Shown here: positions 9,621 to 21,085 of the stretch, one piece after another
Layout of the letters: each line of letters opens with the position of its first letter
How positions within the stretch are numbered: the first letter of the stretch is position 1
Origin: Candidatus Hydrogenedentota bacterium
Lineage (GTDB): Bacteria > Hydrogenedentota > Hydrogenedentia > Hydrogenedentales > SLHB01
Length of the DNA stretch: 39,388 nt
Direction: 5' to 3'
NCBI GenBank assembly: GCA_045863295.1
Contig: BTWA01000047.1
Span: 1 to 39,388 of the forward strand
The notes under the pieces: model-generated
Database searches by the model: none
Told to the model about the DNA's origin: nothing
Seen by the model: the letters and a program-made list of their open reading frames with translations, nothing else
Program-made: the position numbers and the translations under genes

Positions 9621-10396
9621 ACAGGGTCCAGGAAACCACCGGGCGTGCGATGGACCCAATCGCTGCTGACGCGCCCTTGCTGCGAGCAGAAAACCTGGTC
9701 AAGCAGTTCAAGCGCCGGACCGTGGTCAAGGAAGTCAGCATTGAATTGAATCCCGGCGAAGTGGTGGGGTTGCTTGGGCCCAATGGAGCTGGCAAAACCA
9801 CAACGTTTCGCATGGTTGTCGGCATGCTTCGGCCCACAGACGGCCGCATATTCTTTAATGGAAAAGACGTAACAACGTTTCCCATGTATCGCCGTGCGCG
9901 CGAAGGTATGACCTATCTCCCGCAGGAACCCTCGGTATTCCGCAAATTGACGGTTATGCAGAACATCATGGCCGTGCTCGAATACCTGCCGATCTCTCCG
10001 GCCAAGCGAAAGGAACGCGCAGAAGAACTGATGAACGACTTAAACATCGTTCATTTGGCGCACGCGCCTGCATATACGCTTTCCGGAGGCGAGCGCCGGC
10101 GTACGGAGATTGCGCGTGCTCTGGTGACCTACCCAAAGGTCGTGTTGCTCGACGAACCCTTTGCGGGTATCGATCCGATTGCCGTGGGGGAGTTACAAGA
10201 CATCGTCTTTCAGCTCAAGCAAGTAAACATCGGCGTACTCATCACCGATCATAATGTGCGTGAAACCCTGGAGATTACGGACCGCGCCTACATTATCAGT
10301 GAAGGCCGAATCATGGTTCAGGGCACACCAGTCGACATTGCGGCGGATCCGCTCGCACGAAAGACGTACCTGGGAGAACGGTTTCGCCTCGACTAA
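9617..10396 (+). CDS. lptB: LPS export ABC transporter ATP-binding protein
   Basis: [79 protein letters not shown]. Confidence 0.97.
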   Translation: MNRVQETTGRAMDPIAADAPLLRAENLVKQFKRRTVVKEVSIELNPGEVVGLLGPNGAGKTTTFRMVVGMLRPTDGRIFFNGKDVTTFPMYRRAREGMTYLPQEPSVFRKLTVMQNIMAVLEYLPISPAKRKERAEELMNDLNIVHLAHAPAYTLSGGERRRTEIARALVTYPKVVLLDEPFAGIDPIAVGELQDIVFQLKQVNIGVLITDHNVRETLEITDRAYIISEGRIMVQGTPVDIAADPLARKTYLGERFRLD

Positions 10397-10590
10397 TCGA
10401 GTTGGTCTCGCTTCATCGTTCGAATGGGATGGGAATCGCATTGCAGGCATGGCCAGACGCCTCGCCTGTAAAAAAGAGAGCGACTCCTGTAAGAGTGACC
10501 CGGGTTTTTCAAAACACTTTTCACATACTTGTGTGACCACTAACCCGCAAGGTGCGCCCTGCCTGTCCGGAATAAACTCCTGGCAAAATT

Positions 10591-10632
10591 GATCAAGGCC
10601 TGCTCGAAGTTTCCTGTGAGCAGGCCTTGATC
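10591..10632 (-). terminator. Strong hairpin between the convergent lptB and katG; probable katG terminator
   Basis: Perfect 15-bp inverted repeat GATCAAGGCCTGCTC-N12-GAGCAGGCCTTGATC, followed on the minus strand by AATTTT. Confidence 0.7.
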
Positions 10633-10686
10633 GGTACTTGACAACGCTTCCGCGCACGACCTATGGGTCGCTCGAATGCACTCCGA

Positions 10687-13188
<2,502 letters not shown>

Positions 13189-13760
13189 TTACAACTTAGA
13201 CGCTACAGCAAGTCAGTGAGTCGTGCCTTGCCCCGCATCGTTGGTCCGGACTATTCTCATCGGCGCCGTCCTATCGACACCCGCCCCCGTGAGCATGACA
13301 GGGAGTGCGCACGCCTCCGTTGATTTGTCGCAAGCCAACTGATAGAGAGTGTCTGAATGACCAGTACAATGGTGCGCCAATCCCCCGGTACTTCAAGTTG
13401 AGTCCGTCCCTGAAACTAGGGTCGGAGACCCTCGCGTTCTGTTTCGATAGCCTAGATATATATCAAAATTTAGACTATGTCAAGTAATGGATGAAATCCA
13501 GATGGATTGCCCTTTGAATACAATTCTTCTTCAACGGGTGGACAATAGGTAAAGTACAGGAAAATATAGGTTTATGCACTCTATGGGACATTTTCCCAAG
13601 GCAAACCTGCGCATGATTGCATGGTCCAATAGAAGTCACAGCTTTACCGCGAACCGGCACGTTGAAAACCCTGAAGCATAGTCTGTCAGTGCACAGTACG
13701 GAGCGATGCGGCCGTTTGAGCTTTGCCAGCGAATGAGAATCCGCTTGTCCCACAGTCCAT

Positions 13761-13790
13761 TTGACTTGTGTCTCTCTAAATTGATACTCT
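13761..13790 (+). promoter_or_regulatory. Sigma70-type promoter for rplJL
   Basis: TTGACT-N18-TACTCT with TGn extended -10, upstream of the L10 leader. Confidence 0.65.
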
Positions 13791-13837
13791 TTCGAACTTC
13801 GTAACCTTGTGTTGCGAGCTATTTTCGAGTCCAACGT

Positions 13838-13982
13838 TCGCCGGTCATAGACAGCTGGTGGCCTCGTACGGACCTAGGTTCGTGTTTGGCCTTAATGTTG
13901 CCCGCCGAGATCGCGGATGTGGCGTACATCCTATTATGTATGTTCACCCGCATCGTCTTTTACGGCTGTGCGGGTTTTTTGT
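13838..13982 (+). ncRNA. Ribosomal protein L10 leader (cis-regulatory RNA) with attenuator-like terminator
   Basis: TAGACAGCTGGTG...TTAA...CCCGCCGAGA matches the L10-leader pattern as I recall it and lies directly upstream of rplJ; followed by hairpin ACCCGCA...TGCGGGT plus T-run (13946-13980). Confidence 0.75.
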
Positions 13983-14009
13983 TGGATTCACGAGAGGAGG
14001 TGAATTCGA

Positions 14010-14531
14010 TTGCCGAAGCCAGAAAAGATTGAGTCTGTAGCCGAGATCAAGGAACGTCTTGAGGGCGCCAATATAGCCATTATGCTCAAGTATGTGGGCA
14101 TCAAAGCGGGCCAGGCGACTGAATTGCGCAAGCGTTTGCGCGAAAAGGGCGTAACGTACAAGGTATACAAGAACAACCTTGCTTCACGCGCGCTGGACGA
14201 ACTGGGTTACAGTGCCGCGGCGAAGTACATGGACGGCCCGACGGGCTGGGCATTCTGCAAGGATCCGGTGGCCCCTGCCAAGGTCTTAAAGGAATTCAAC
14301 AAAGACGTTCCTTTGGTTGAAATGCAGGGCGGTATTCTCGACGGTAATGCGATTGGGAAAGCTCAACTGGATGCGCTCGCGGAACTTCCGTCGCGCGAGG
14401 TGTTGATTGCTCAGTTGCTGGGCGTAATGCAGGCGCCGATGCGGAACACACTGGGCGTGCTCACGGCATTGCCTCGCAATCTGGTCAACGTACTGGATCA
14501 AGTTCGGAAGAAGAAAGAAGAAGCCGCCTGA
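14010..14531 (+). CDS. rplJ: 50S ribosomal protein L10
   Basis: MPKPEKIESVAEIKE, ELRKRLRE, YKVYKNNL, LAELPSREVLIAQLLG; TTG start with GAGGAGGTGA RBS. Confidence 0.97.
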   Translation: MPKPEKIESVAEIKERLEGANIAIMLKYVGIKAGQATELRKRLREKGVTYKVYKNNLASRALDELGYSAAAKYMDGPTGWAFCKDPVAPAKVLKEFNKDVPLVEMQGGILDGNAIGKAQLDALAELPSREVLIAQLLGVMQAPMRNTLGVLTALPRNLVNVLDQVRKKKEEAA

Positions 14532-14621
14532 TGGCGCGCTTCCGGTATGTTGCGCCAGCCGTTACCAAGTGGCGCTTGCGTTTGAACATCAATCAAGTCA
14601 ACTGTTAGGAGTGTGGCTATC

Positions 14622-15011
14622 ATGGCTGCTGTGTTGGAAGAAATCGTAGAGAAGATCTCCGGCTTATCCGTGCTGGAGTTGAGCGAATTGGTGAAGGCAC
14701 TGGAAGAAAAATTCGGTGTGGAAGCTGCTGCCCCCATGATGATGGGCGCGTTTCCGGCCGCGGGTGCTGCGGCTGAAGCGGCTCCCGAAGGTCCGACCGC
14801 GTTCGATGTCGTCCTGGTGGAAGCGGGCGCGAACAAGATCAACGTGATCAAGGAAGTGCGCGCAATCACGGGTCTGGGTCTGAAGGAAGCGAAGGACTTG
14901 GTCGATGGCGCGCCGAAGCCCGTGAAGGAAGACTTGGACGAAGCCGAAGCCAAGAGCTTGAAGGAAAAGCTCGAGGCCGCTGGTGCCAAGGTGGAATTGA
15001 AGGGCAAGTAA
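14622..15011 (+). CDS. rplL: 50S ribosomal protein L7/L12
   Basis: [55 protein letters not shown]. Confidence 0.98.
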   Translation: MAAVLEEIVEKISGLSVLELSELVKALEEKFGVEAAAPMMMGAFPAAGAAAEAAPEGPTAFDVVLVEAGANKINVIKEVRAITGLGLKEAKDLVDGAPKPVKEDLDEAEAKSLKEKLEAAGAKVELKGK

Positions 15012-15030
15012 GCCGTATTGTCGCATAGTG

Positions 15031-15076
15031 CGGCGCGGCGGTACTCCGTGCGGAGGCCGCCGCGCCGTTTTTATTT
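15031..15076 (+). terminator. Intrinsic terminator after rplL
   Basis: CGGCGCGGCGG...CCGCCGCGCCG followed by TTTTTATTT. Confidence 0.85.
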
Positions 15077-15097
15077 AAACCGCTGGGGGAGTCAAAC

Positions 15098-16147
15098 ATG
15101 AAACGTTTGAGCTGGCTGTCGCTCGGCATCGGAGTGTGCACCATGGTTGCAGCCGCGCAAGACGAACCAATGGTACGCGGAATCGACTTCGTAATGGTTT
15201 GTGAGGATGCGGGCGCTGGAGCCTATGAAGCATTCCCGGATGTGTGTCGACTGCAGGACGGCCGGTTGATGTGCGTCTTCTACGCGGGTTGGAAACATGT
15301 ATCCCTGCCGGACGCAGCCCATCCAAAAGGTGGCAGGGTGAGCGTGTGTTACTCCGGAGACGAAGGCCGCACATGGACTCCGGCCAAGACGCTTGTGGAC
15401 ACACCCGACGATGACCGAGACCCGTCCATCGTGCAACTTGCCGACGGCAGAATTCTCTGTAATTTCTTCATCCTCCGTAAGGACGGAGAATCGTACCGAG
15501 GACTGGGATCCTGGCTCGTGGAATCGGCAGACAATGGTGCGACATGGTCCAACCCCCGAATTATCAGCCCATATTATTGCAGCGCTCCGATCCGGGTGTT
15601 GTCGAACGGGCGCCTGATTCTCGGCTTATACACCGAACACCAAGGCAATGCATGGGGCGCGGTAACCGTGTCGGACGACCGGGGTGCCACATGGTCGCCG
15701 CCGATTGATATCCCGAATGCAGGCGTAAAGCTGGATGCGGAAACGGATATAGTCGAACTCAAAGATGGTCGTCTGTACGCGGCGCAACGAGCGCCCTCGG
15801 GCGACATGCACTATTCCACTTCGGCAGACCAAGGCACCACATGGAGCGAGTCCAAACCGATGGGGTATCCGGGACACTGCCCCTATTTTCATCGTGCGCC
15901 AGACGGCACCATTGTATGCGCGCATCGTGTGCCCAATACCAGTCTGCACTATTCCACGGACGACTGCGCGACATGGAGCGGGAACGTGGAAGTTGATAGC
16001 GTCGGCGGAGCCTATCCGAGCATGGCCACGTTGAAGGATGGAGCGACCTTGATTGTGTATTACGAGGAAGGAGAAGGTTCCAGCATACGCGCGCGGAAAT
16101 TCACAACCAGTGCGGACGGCATTCAATGGCTAAAGTGGACCAAGTAA
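15098..16147 (+). CDS. Secreted BNR/Asp-box (sialidase-like) beta-propeller protein
   Basis: Signal peptide; Asp boxes SGDEGRTW, SADNGATW, SDDRGATW, SADQGTTW, STDDCATW; YEAFPD and AYPS motifs. Confidence 0.85.
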   Translation: MKRLSWLSLGIGVCTMVAAAQDEPMVRGIDFVMVCEDAGAGAYEAFPDVCRLQDGRLMCVFYAGWKHVSLPDAAHPKGGRVSVCYSGDEGRTWTPAKTLVDTPDDDRDPSIVQLADGRILCNFFILRKDGESYRGLGSWLVESADNGATWSNPRIISPYYCSAPIRVLSNGRLILGLYTEHQGNAWGAVTVSDDRGATWSPPIDIPNAGVKLDAETDIVELKDGRLYAAQRAPSGDMHYSTSADQGTTWSESKPMGYPGHCPYFHRAPDGTIVCAHRVPNTSLHYSTDDCATWSGNVEVDSVGGAYPSMATLKDGATLIVYYEEGEGSSIRARKFTTSADGIQWLKWTK

Positions 16148-16187
16148 TCGCGGCCGGAATGGGCACCAAAAGCAGACGCACAAAAAA

Positions 16188-18186
16188 ATGACAAGACGGC
16201 TTCTAACACCTATAGAAAAATTTCAGCGATCGGAGTTTCTGGGTCCGGTTGTGCTTGCGGTGCCCATCGGGGCAGTAGCCGGACTCGGCCCCTACGGATT
16301 TAAAGAGCTGATCCATTTCATGGATTTCCTCTTTTTCGATGTCATTGGCCAGGGCATCGAGCGCGCAACAGGATCGCTCTTTGTCATACCGGTCATCGGA
16401 CTAGGGGGGCTATTGTGCGGAATTCATTACGCAACGATTTGCTCCCGAGGCCAAGGGACACGGTGTGCCCGAAGTGATGTTGGCCATATCGCATCACGGA
16501 GGACGCATTCGGCCTCGTGTCGCCCTATTCAAGGCCATTGCAGCGGCAATTACGATTGGATCGGGCGGATCGGCCGGCCGCGAAGGACCAATTGTCCAAA
16601 TCGGGGCGGCCTTCGGTTCGTCGCTGGCACAATGGCTTCGGTTGCCCGACCGGCGAATCATGCTCGCGGTGGCATGCGGCGCGGCCGGGGGTATCTCCGC
16701 CACATTCAATGCGCCGATGGCGGGCGTCATTTTCGCGATGGAAGTCATCCTGAGCCGATTCACGGCCAATACATTCATTCTGGTTGAGCTGAGTTCGGCT
16801 ACGGCCAGCGTGATAACGCGCACGGTGGAAGGGGATGTGCCCGCTTTCCACGTGGATTCGCACTATCTGATGCAGTCCCCTTGGGAGATTCTTTTCTTCG
16901 CGTTACTTGGCGTGTTGTGCGCATTGGTATCGCAAATGTACACCCGCACCGTCTGTGCAGTGGAGGACGTTACAGAGAAAGTGCGGCTGCCGGAATACAT
17001 CAAGCCAGCGATCGGTGGCGCACTTACCGGCGTGTTGGCTGTCTTTGTTCCTCAGATCATGTCCGGTGGGTACGAACATATTGAAATGGCCTTGAACAAT
17101 GAACTGGCCATGGACGTTTTGTTTCTGTTGTGCGCGGCGAAGTTGGCCGCCACCGCATTGACCGTGGGAACCGGCGGCTCCGGAGGCGTTTTTGCCCCCG
17201 CGTTGTTTGTCGGTGCGATGTTTGGCGGGGGCTTTGGAGGATTGGTGCACCGTCTCGCGCCTGGATTGAATAGCGGATCGTATGCATTGGTTGCCATGGC
17301 GGCCGTGTTTGGCGGGGCGTCTCACGCACCCATTACCGCCATCTTTATTGTCTTCGAGTTGACCGATGACTATCGCATTATCATTCCACTAATGACCGCG
17401 ACCGTAATGAGCACCATGATCTCGCAGTGGATTTCCCCGTATTCCATTTACACGATCAAGTTAAAACGGCGGGGATATCACGTGGGCGTTGTGCCGGAAG
17501 TAAGCTTGATGGATGCGGTGACTGTGGAAGAGGCAATGGCACGCGAGTACCCAGATGTCTCCCCTGACATGCCCTTGACGGAGATGCTGGTAAAGTTCGC
17601 CAATGATCATGAGACTGGGTATCCAGTTGTCGACAACGACGGCAGACTGTTTGGGGTGGTCACAATGCAGGATGTCGAGAGCGCGTTGATGGATCGGAAT
17701 CCGGACGCGCTTACCGTTGCCGATATTTGCACGCGTAACGTGGTGGTGTGCAGACCAGAACAGTCATTGACCCATGCGCTGAATCAATTCGCAACGCACA
17801 ATATCGGGCGGTTGCCGGTTATTGATCCCAACGCCACGGATACGTTGATTGGCATTCTAAAGCGGGCCGATGTTGTCTCTGCCTATGCGCGTGCCCACCA
17901 GCGCTCCGCACGGATGATTCGACGGATGGACGACCTACAAACACTGCAGGAACAAAGCGAAATGGTACTGTCACATGCCCAAGTCAATCATGGCACGGCA
18001 CTCGCCCGGAGCGCTGTGCGGGATGTGATGTTTCCACCGGGCTGTATACTTGGCGCCATTCGGCGCGGACGCGTGACGATTGTGCCCAGAGGATCCACGG
18101 AAGTTCTCCTAGGCGATGAGCTGGTTTTATTGTCGACTCGCGAGAACGCCGCGATAGTGCGAAAGTGGTTAAGGGAGTTGGCGTAA
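16188..18186 (+). pseudogene. ClC-family chloride channel/antiporter with CBS pair and C-terminal RCK_C (TrkA_C) domain, broken by a +1 frameshift near 16421 (pseudogene or sequencing indel)
   Basis: Frame A: MTRR...GLGGLLCG. Frame B: FITQRFAPEAKGHGVPEV...GGSAGREGPIVQIGAA...GGVFAPALFVGA...CBS (GYPVVDNDGRLFGVVT, GRLPVID)...IRRGRVTIVPRGSTEVLLGDEL. Removing one A at 16421/16422 gives a single 665-aa ORF. Confidence 0.85.
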
Positions 18187-18227
18187 GGCTCTGTGCCAAA
18201 AACAAATGCTCAAGCCCTAAATAGGAA

Positions 18228-18257
18228 CGGGGAGCCGGCCGACGAGCCGGCTCCCCG
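18228..18257 (-). terminator. Hairpin terminator between convergent genes
   Basis: CGGGGAGCCGGC-N6-GCCGGCTCCCCG, followed on the minus strand by TTCCTATTT. Confidence 0.7.
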
Positions 18258-18272
18258 AAGTGCAAAGTCAAC

Positions 18273-19682
18273 TCAGCAGGGCAGTTCCCAGCCTTTTCGG
18301 TATTCCTTGCTCACAATCTGCTCCGGATTCGGCACGTCTTTGACGACGCCCTTCACGTTGTCCCAGTGCAGCTTCTTGCCGTACTTAACAATCAAATTGC
18401 CGAAGTTCACCATTTCAGTGAATGGACCGGCATAGGAGAAGTTGGAGCAGGATGGCTCGCCGCCTTTGCATGCCTGCAACCAGTTTTGATAGTGGTCCTC
18501 GTTGGGCACGCGTGGCAGTGTGGGGTCGGGCTTCTTGTATTCCAACATCTTGGCATCCGGCACCAAGCGGGGATTGCCGCCGTATTCACCCTGCGTAATG
18601 ATGCCTTTCTCGCCAACCAGGAACGACCCGTTCATTTCATTGTCACCGAGAATGGACTCGACCGGAATGCCGTCGGGGCGTTTTGGCCGGTTGTAGACGC
18701 GTTGTTCGCCTTCACCTTCGTGTCCGTCGTACCAGTAGACGTCGACCGGACCCATGTCGCCACGCGCCGGGAAAGAGTATTTGATGGTGGACATGAGCGG
18801 AAACGTTTCAGTGTTCACGCCCTTCTGCATCACGACCTCGACGGTGTAATCCGTCGCTTCAACCAGCTTCAACGACATGTAAACCGGATCCATGATGTGA
18901 CAGGCCATGTCGCCCAGCGAACCGCCGCCGAAATCCTGCCAGGCGCGCCAGTCGTGCGGGGCGTAACCACGATTGTACGGACGCCATGGCGCAGGTCCGA
19001 TCCAGCGATCCCAATCCAGATTTTCAGGCTGAATCTGTATCTCTAGGGGTTCGCCGCGGCCTTGATTTGCCCATACTGGGCGGTGCGTCCACACATGCGC
19101 TTCGCGCACTTGGCCAATCGCGCCGGACCAAATCATTTCGCAGAGTTCGCGTACGCCGTTGCCAGAATGGCCCTGATTGCCCATCTGGGTGGCTACGCCT
19201 GTTTCCTTGGCTACATTGGCAAGCAACCGCGCTTCGGCCACGGTGTGGGTCAGGGGCTTCTGCACATATACATGCTTGCCCATCTTCATGGCCATGTAGG
19301 CCGCGGGCGCGTGCAGATGGTCGGGAGTGGAAATGGTACAGGCGTCAATCTCAGGCATCTCTTCGAGCATGTGGCGAAAGTCGCGGTAGCGCTTCGCATT
19401 GGGAAGGCGCTCAAAGGTCTGCGCGGCCCGATCCCAATCGACATCGCACAGCGCCACGATATTCTCTGTCTTGCTGCAATTCATGATGTCGCCGCCGCCC
19501 TTGCCGCCCGAACCGATGGCGGCAACATTCAGTTTGTCGTTGGGCGACACTTCGCCCGGTACTACTTCGGCCGTGTTTGGCGTCGGATTGGCTTCCGCGG
19601 CCTGATTCTGAGCGGTTGCCGCTGCCGCCGACAGCGTCGTGGCTGCCAGAAAGGCGCGCCGCGACAAAAAATTCGTTGCCAT
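18273..19682 (-). CDS. Tat-exported Gfo/Idh/MocA family oxidoreductase
   Basis: MATNFLSRRAFL Tat motif; SPNDKLNVAAIGSGGKG, ISTPDHLH, KHVYVQKPL, TQMGNQG, GDMACHIMD; GAGGGAG RBS before ATG 19682. Confidence 0.92.
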   Translation of the reverse strand: MATNFLSRRAFLAATTLSAAAATAQNQAAEANPTPNTAEVVPGEVSPNDKLNVAAIGSGGKGGGDIMNCSKTENIVALCDVDWDRAAQTFERLPNAKRYRDFRHMLEEMPEIDACTISTPDHLHAPAAYMAMKMGKHVYVQKPLTHTVAEARLLANVAKETGVATQMGNQGHSGNGVRELCEMIWSGAIGQVREAHVWTHRPVWANQGRGEPLEIQIQPENLDWDRWIGPAPWRPYNRGYAPHDWRAWQDFGGGSLGDMACHIMDPVYMSLKLVEATDYTVEVVMQKGVNTETFPLMSTIKYSFPARGDMGPVDVYWYDGHEGEGEQRVYNRPKRPDGIPVESILGDNEMNGSFLVGEKGIITQGEYGGNPRLVPDAKMLEYKKPDPTLPRVPNEDHYQNWLQACKGGEPSCSNFSYAGPFTEMVNFGNLIVKYGKKLHWDNVKGVVKDVPNPEQIVSKEYRKGWELPC

Positions 19683-20182
19683 GGTTGTAGCTCCCTCTTC
19701 GACTGCTTTGCCCCTCGTGCGGCGACACCGGGCCGGCCCGCACCAACGTGTCAAATCAAACCTGATGAGCATACTGCAATTCGACGGCGGATCGCGAAAT
19801 CTTTCTGGGCATGGGTTAAGGTGCGAGAGGGACCCGGCGGCTCCCGGAATACCCACCCTGGAACGCGCGGGAGGGAGGCTGTACACAGTTGCCGGATCAA
19901 ATCTCAGCACTCCAAATTACTCGAGCATGCGCGCTTGCCCTGACGCCCACAGCCCGGGCCGGGATAAATGCGGCGTTTAATTCGCAGCACGCGACGCTAC
20001 TTGCCCCGCAATACCTTATGTCTGTCCAACGTTGCCGCGACAGAAGTCATTGCTCAAAGGAGAGAGCAAGGACAGCTTATTCATGGGGGGCTAGAAACCA
20101 GTGAACATTATGGTGATGGCGATCAATTCGGCCGGGTGAGTGCCCTTGGAATCACCGCTCGAAAGAAAGGCGGGACAAATGT

Positions 20183-21085
20183 TCAGTAGCCGGCCTCTAT
20201 AAGGGCATCCCGGGTTGTTTGTACAGCCGACTCAATGTCGTTTAGCAACGCATCGTCCGACGAAGTGTCGTATTCGAAGTGAATGGAGATAGGACCGGAA
20301 AAGTTGTTCACTTTCAATACTCGGAAATAGTCCACAAGTTGTACCTGTCCCTGACCGAGTGGCACCCAGCGCACCTTTCCATTCTCCCAAACAAAGTCTT
20401 TGATAGCGGTCATTCGGATGTGGGACGCCATTGTACGCGCATTGATATACCAGCCGCCAAGGCCCCCTTCGACAGTTGCGTGGCCAATATCGAAATTTGA
20501 ACCGAAGGACGCCTTATCAATCTCGTGAATCATGCGTTGCACATCCCAAAGGGGAGCGCCCACATTGTCTCTGCCGGAATGATTGTGATAGCCACAGACA
20601 ACACCGTGTGCCTCCGCCAGATGTGCAAGCGCTCGAAACGCCTCAATTTGACCGTCCAGTTGATCGGGAATGGGCCGATCAGACACGTACTTTTCCCGGC
20701 CTCCCACCCGTAGAAAGTGCACCCCGGCCTTGGACGCAGCTTCCATGATAGGCTCTGCGCTGATGTCTTCACCATTTTGTAGATTCGTCGTAATCATGGG
20801 CACGGAAATTCCTGCGGATTGCGCGGCATCCACGGCCTTCCGTAGATCGGTCTCCACGTTTTCAGGCAGCACGTGCCCGCCGCCGCGGACAGTCAGGTCC
20901 AACCCGTCAAGGCCAAGTGCCTTCGCAGTCTCCGCCAACGACGTGTAGTCCTTGATGAATTGCAGATGTTTAGAAAAGCAACAGATCGGGGGTAGACTCG
21001 CTTGGGCAGTGGCCCGGCTCTGCCACGCCAGTATGCCTGCCGCTGCGGATACCCCCAGAAAGTCTCTGCGGCTCACCAGTGGCAT
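20183..21085 (-). CDS. Tat-exported sugar-phosphate isomerase/epimerase (xylose-isomerase-like TIM barrel)
   Basis: SRRDFLG Tat motif; FSKHLQ, GLDLTVRGGGHV, YHNHSG, FDIGHATVEG, IKDF, GPISIHFEY. Confidence 0.88.
   Translation of the reverse strand: MPLVSRRDFLGVSAAAGILAWQSRATAQASLPPICCFSKHLQFIKDYTSLAETAKALGLDGLDLTVRGGGHVLPENVETDLRKAVDAAQSAGISVPMITTNLQNGEDISAEPIMEAASKAGVHFLRVGGREKYVSDRPIPDQLDGQIEAFRALAHLAEAHGVVCGYHNHSGRDNVGAPLWDVQRMIHEIDKASFGSNFDIGHATVEGGLGGWYINARTMASHIRMTAIKDFVWENGKVRWVPLGQGQVQLVDYFRVLKVNNFSGPISIHFEYDTSSDDALLNDIESAVQTTRDALIEAGY

Noticed and set aside
13305..13834. Small ORFs in the katG-rplJ intergenic region
   Set aside because: No RBS or recognisable motifs, and they overlap promoter-like elements
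19762..19820. Hammerhead-like CTGATGA...GAAA with a weak intervening stem
   Set aside because: I could not build stems I and III; the only candidate cleavage triplet is AUG, which is not NUH
19683..19910. 76-aa N-terminal extension of the Gfo/Idh/MocA ORF in the ORF track
   Set aside because: The Tat motif and RBS place the start at 19682; the extension has non-protein-like composition
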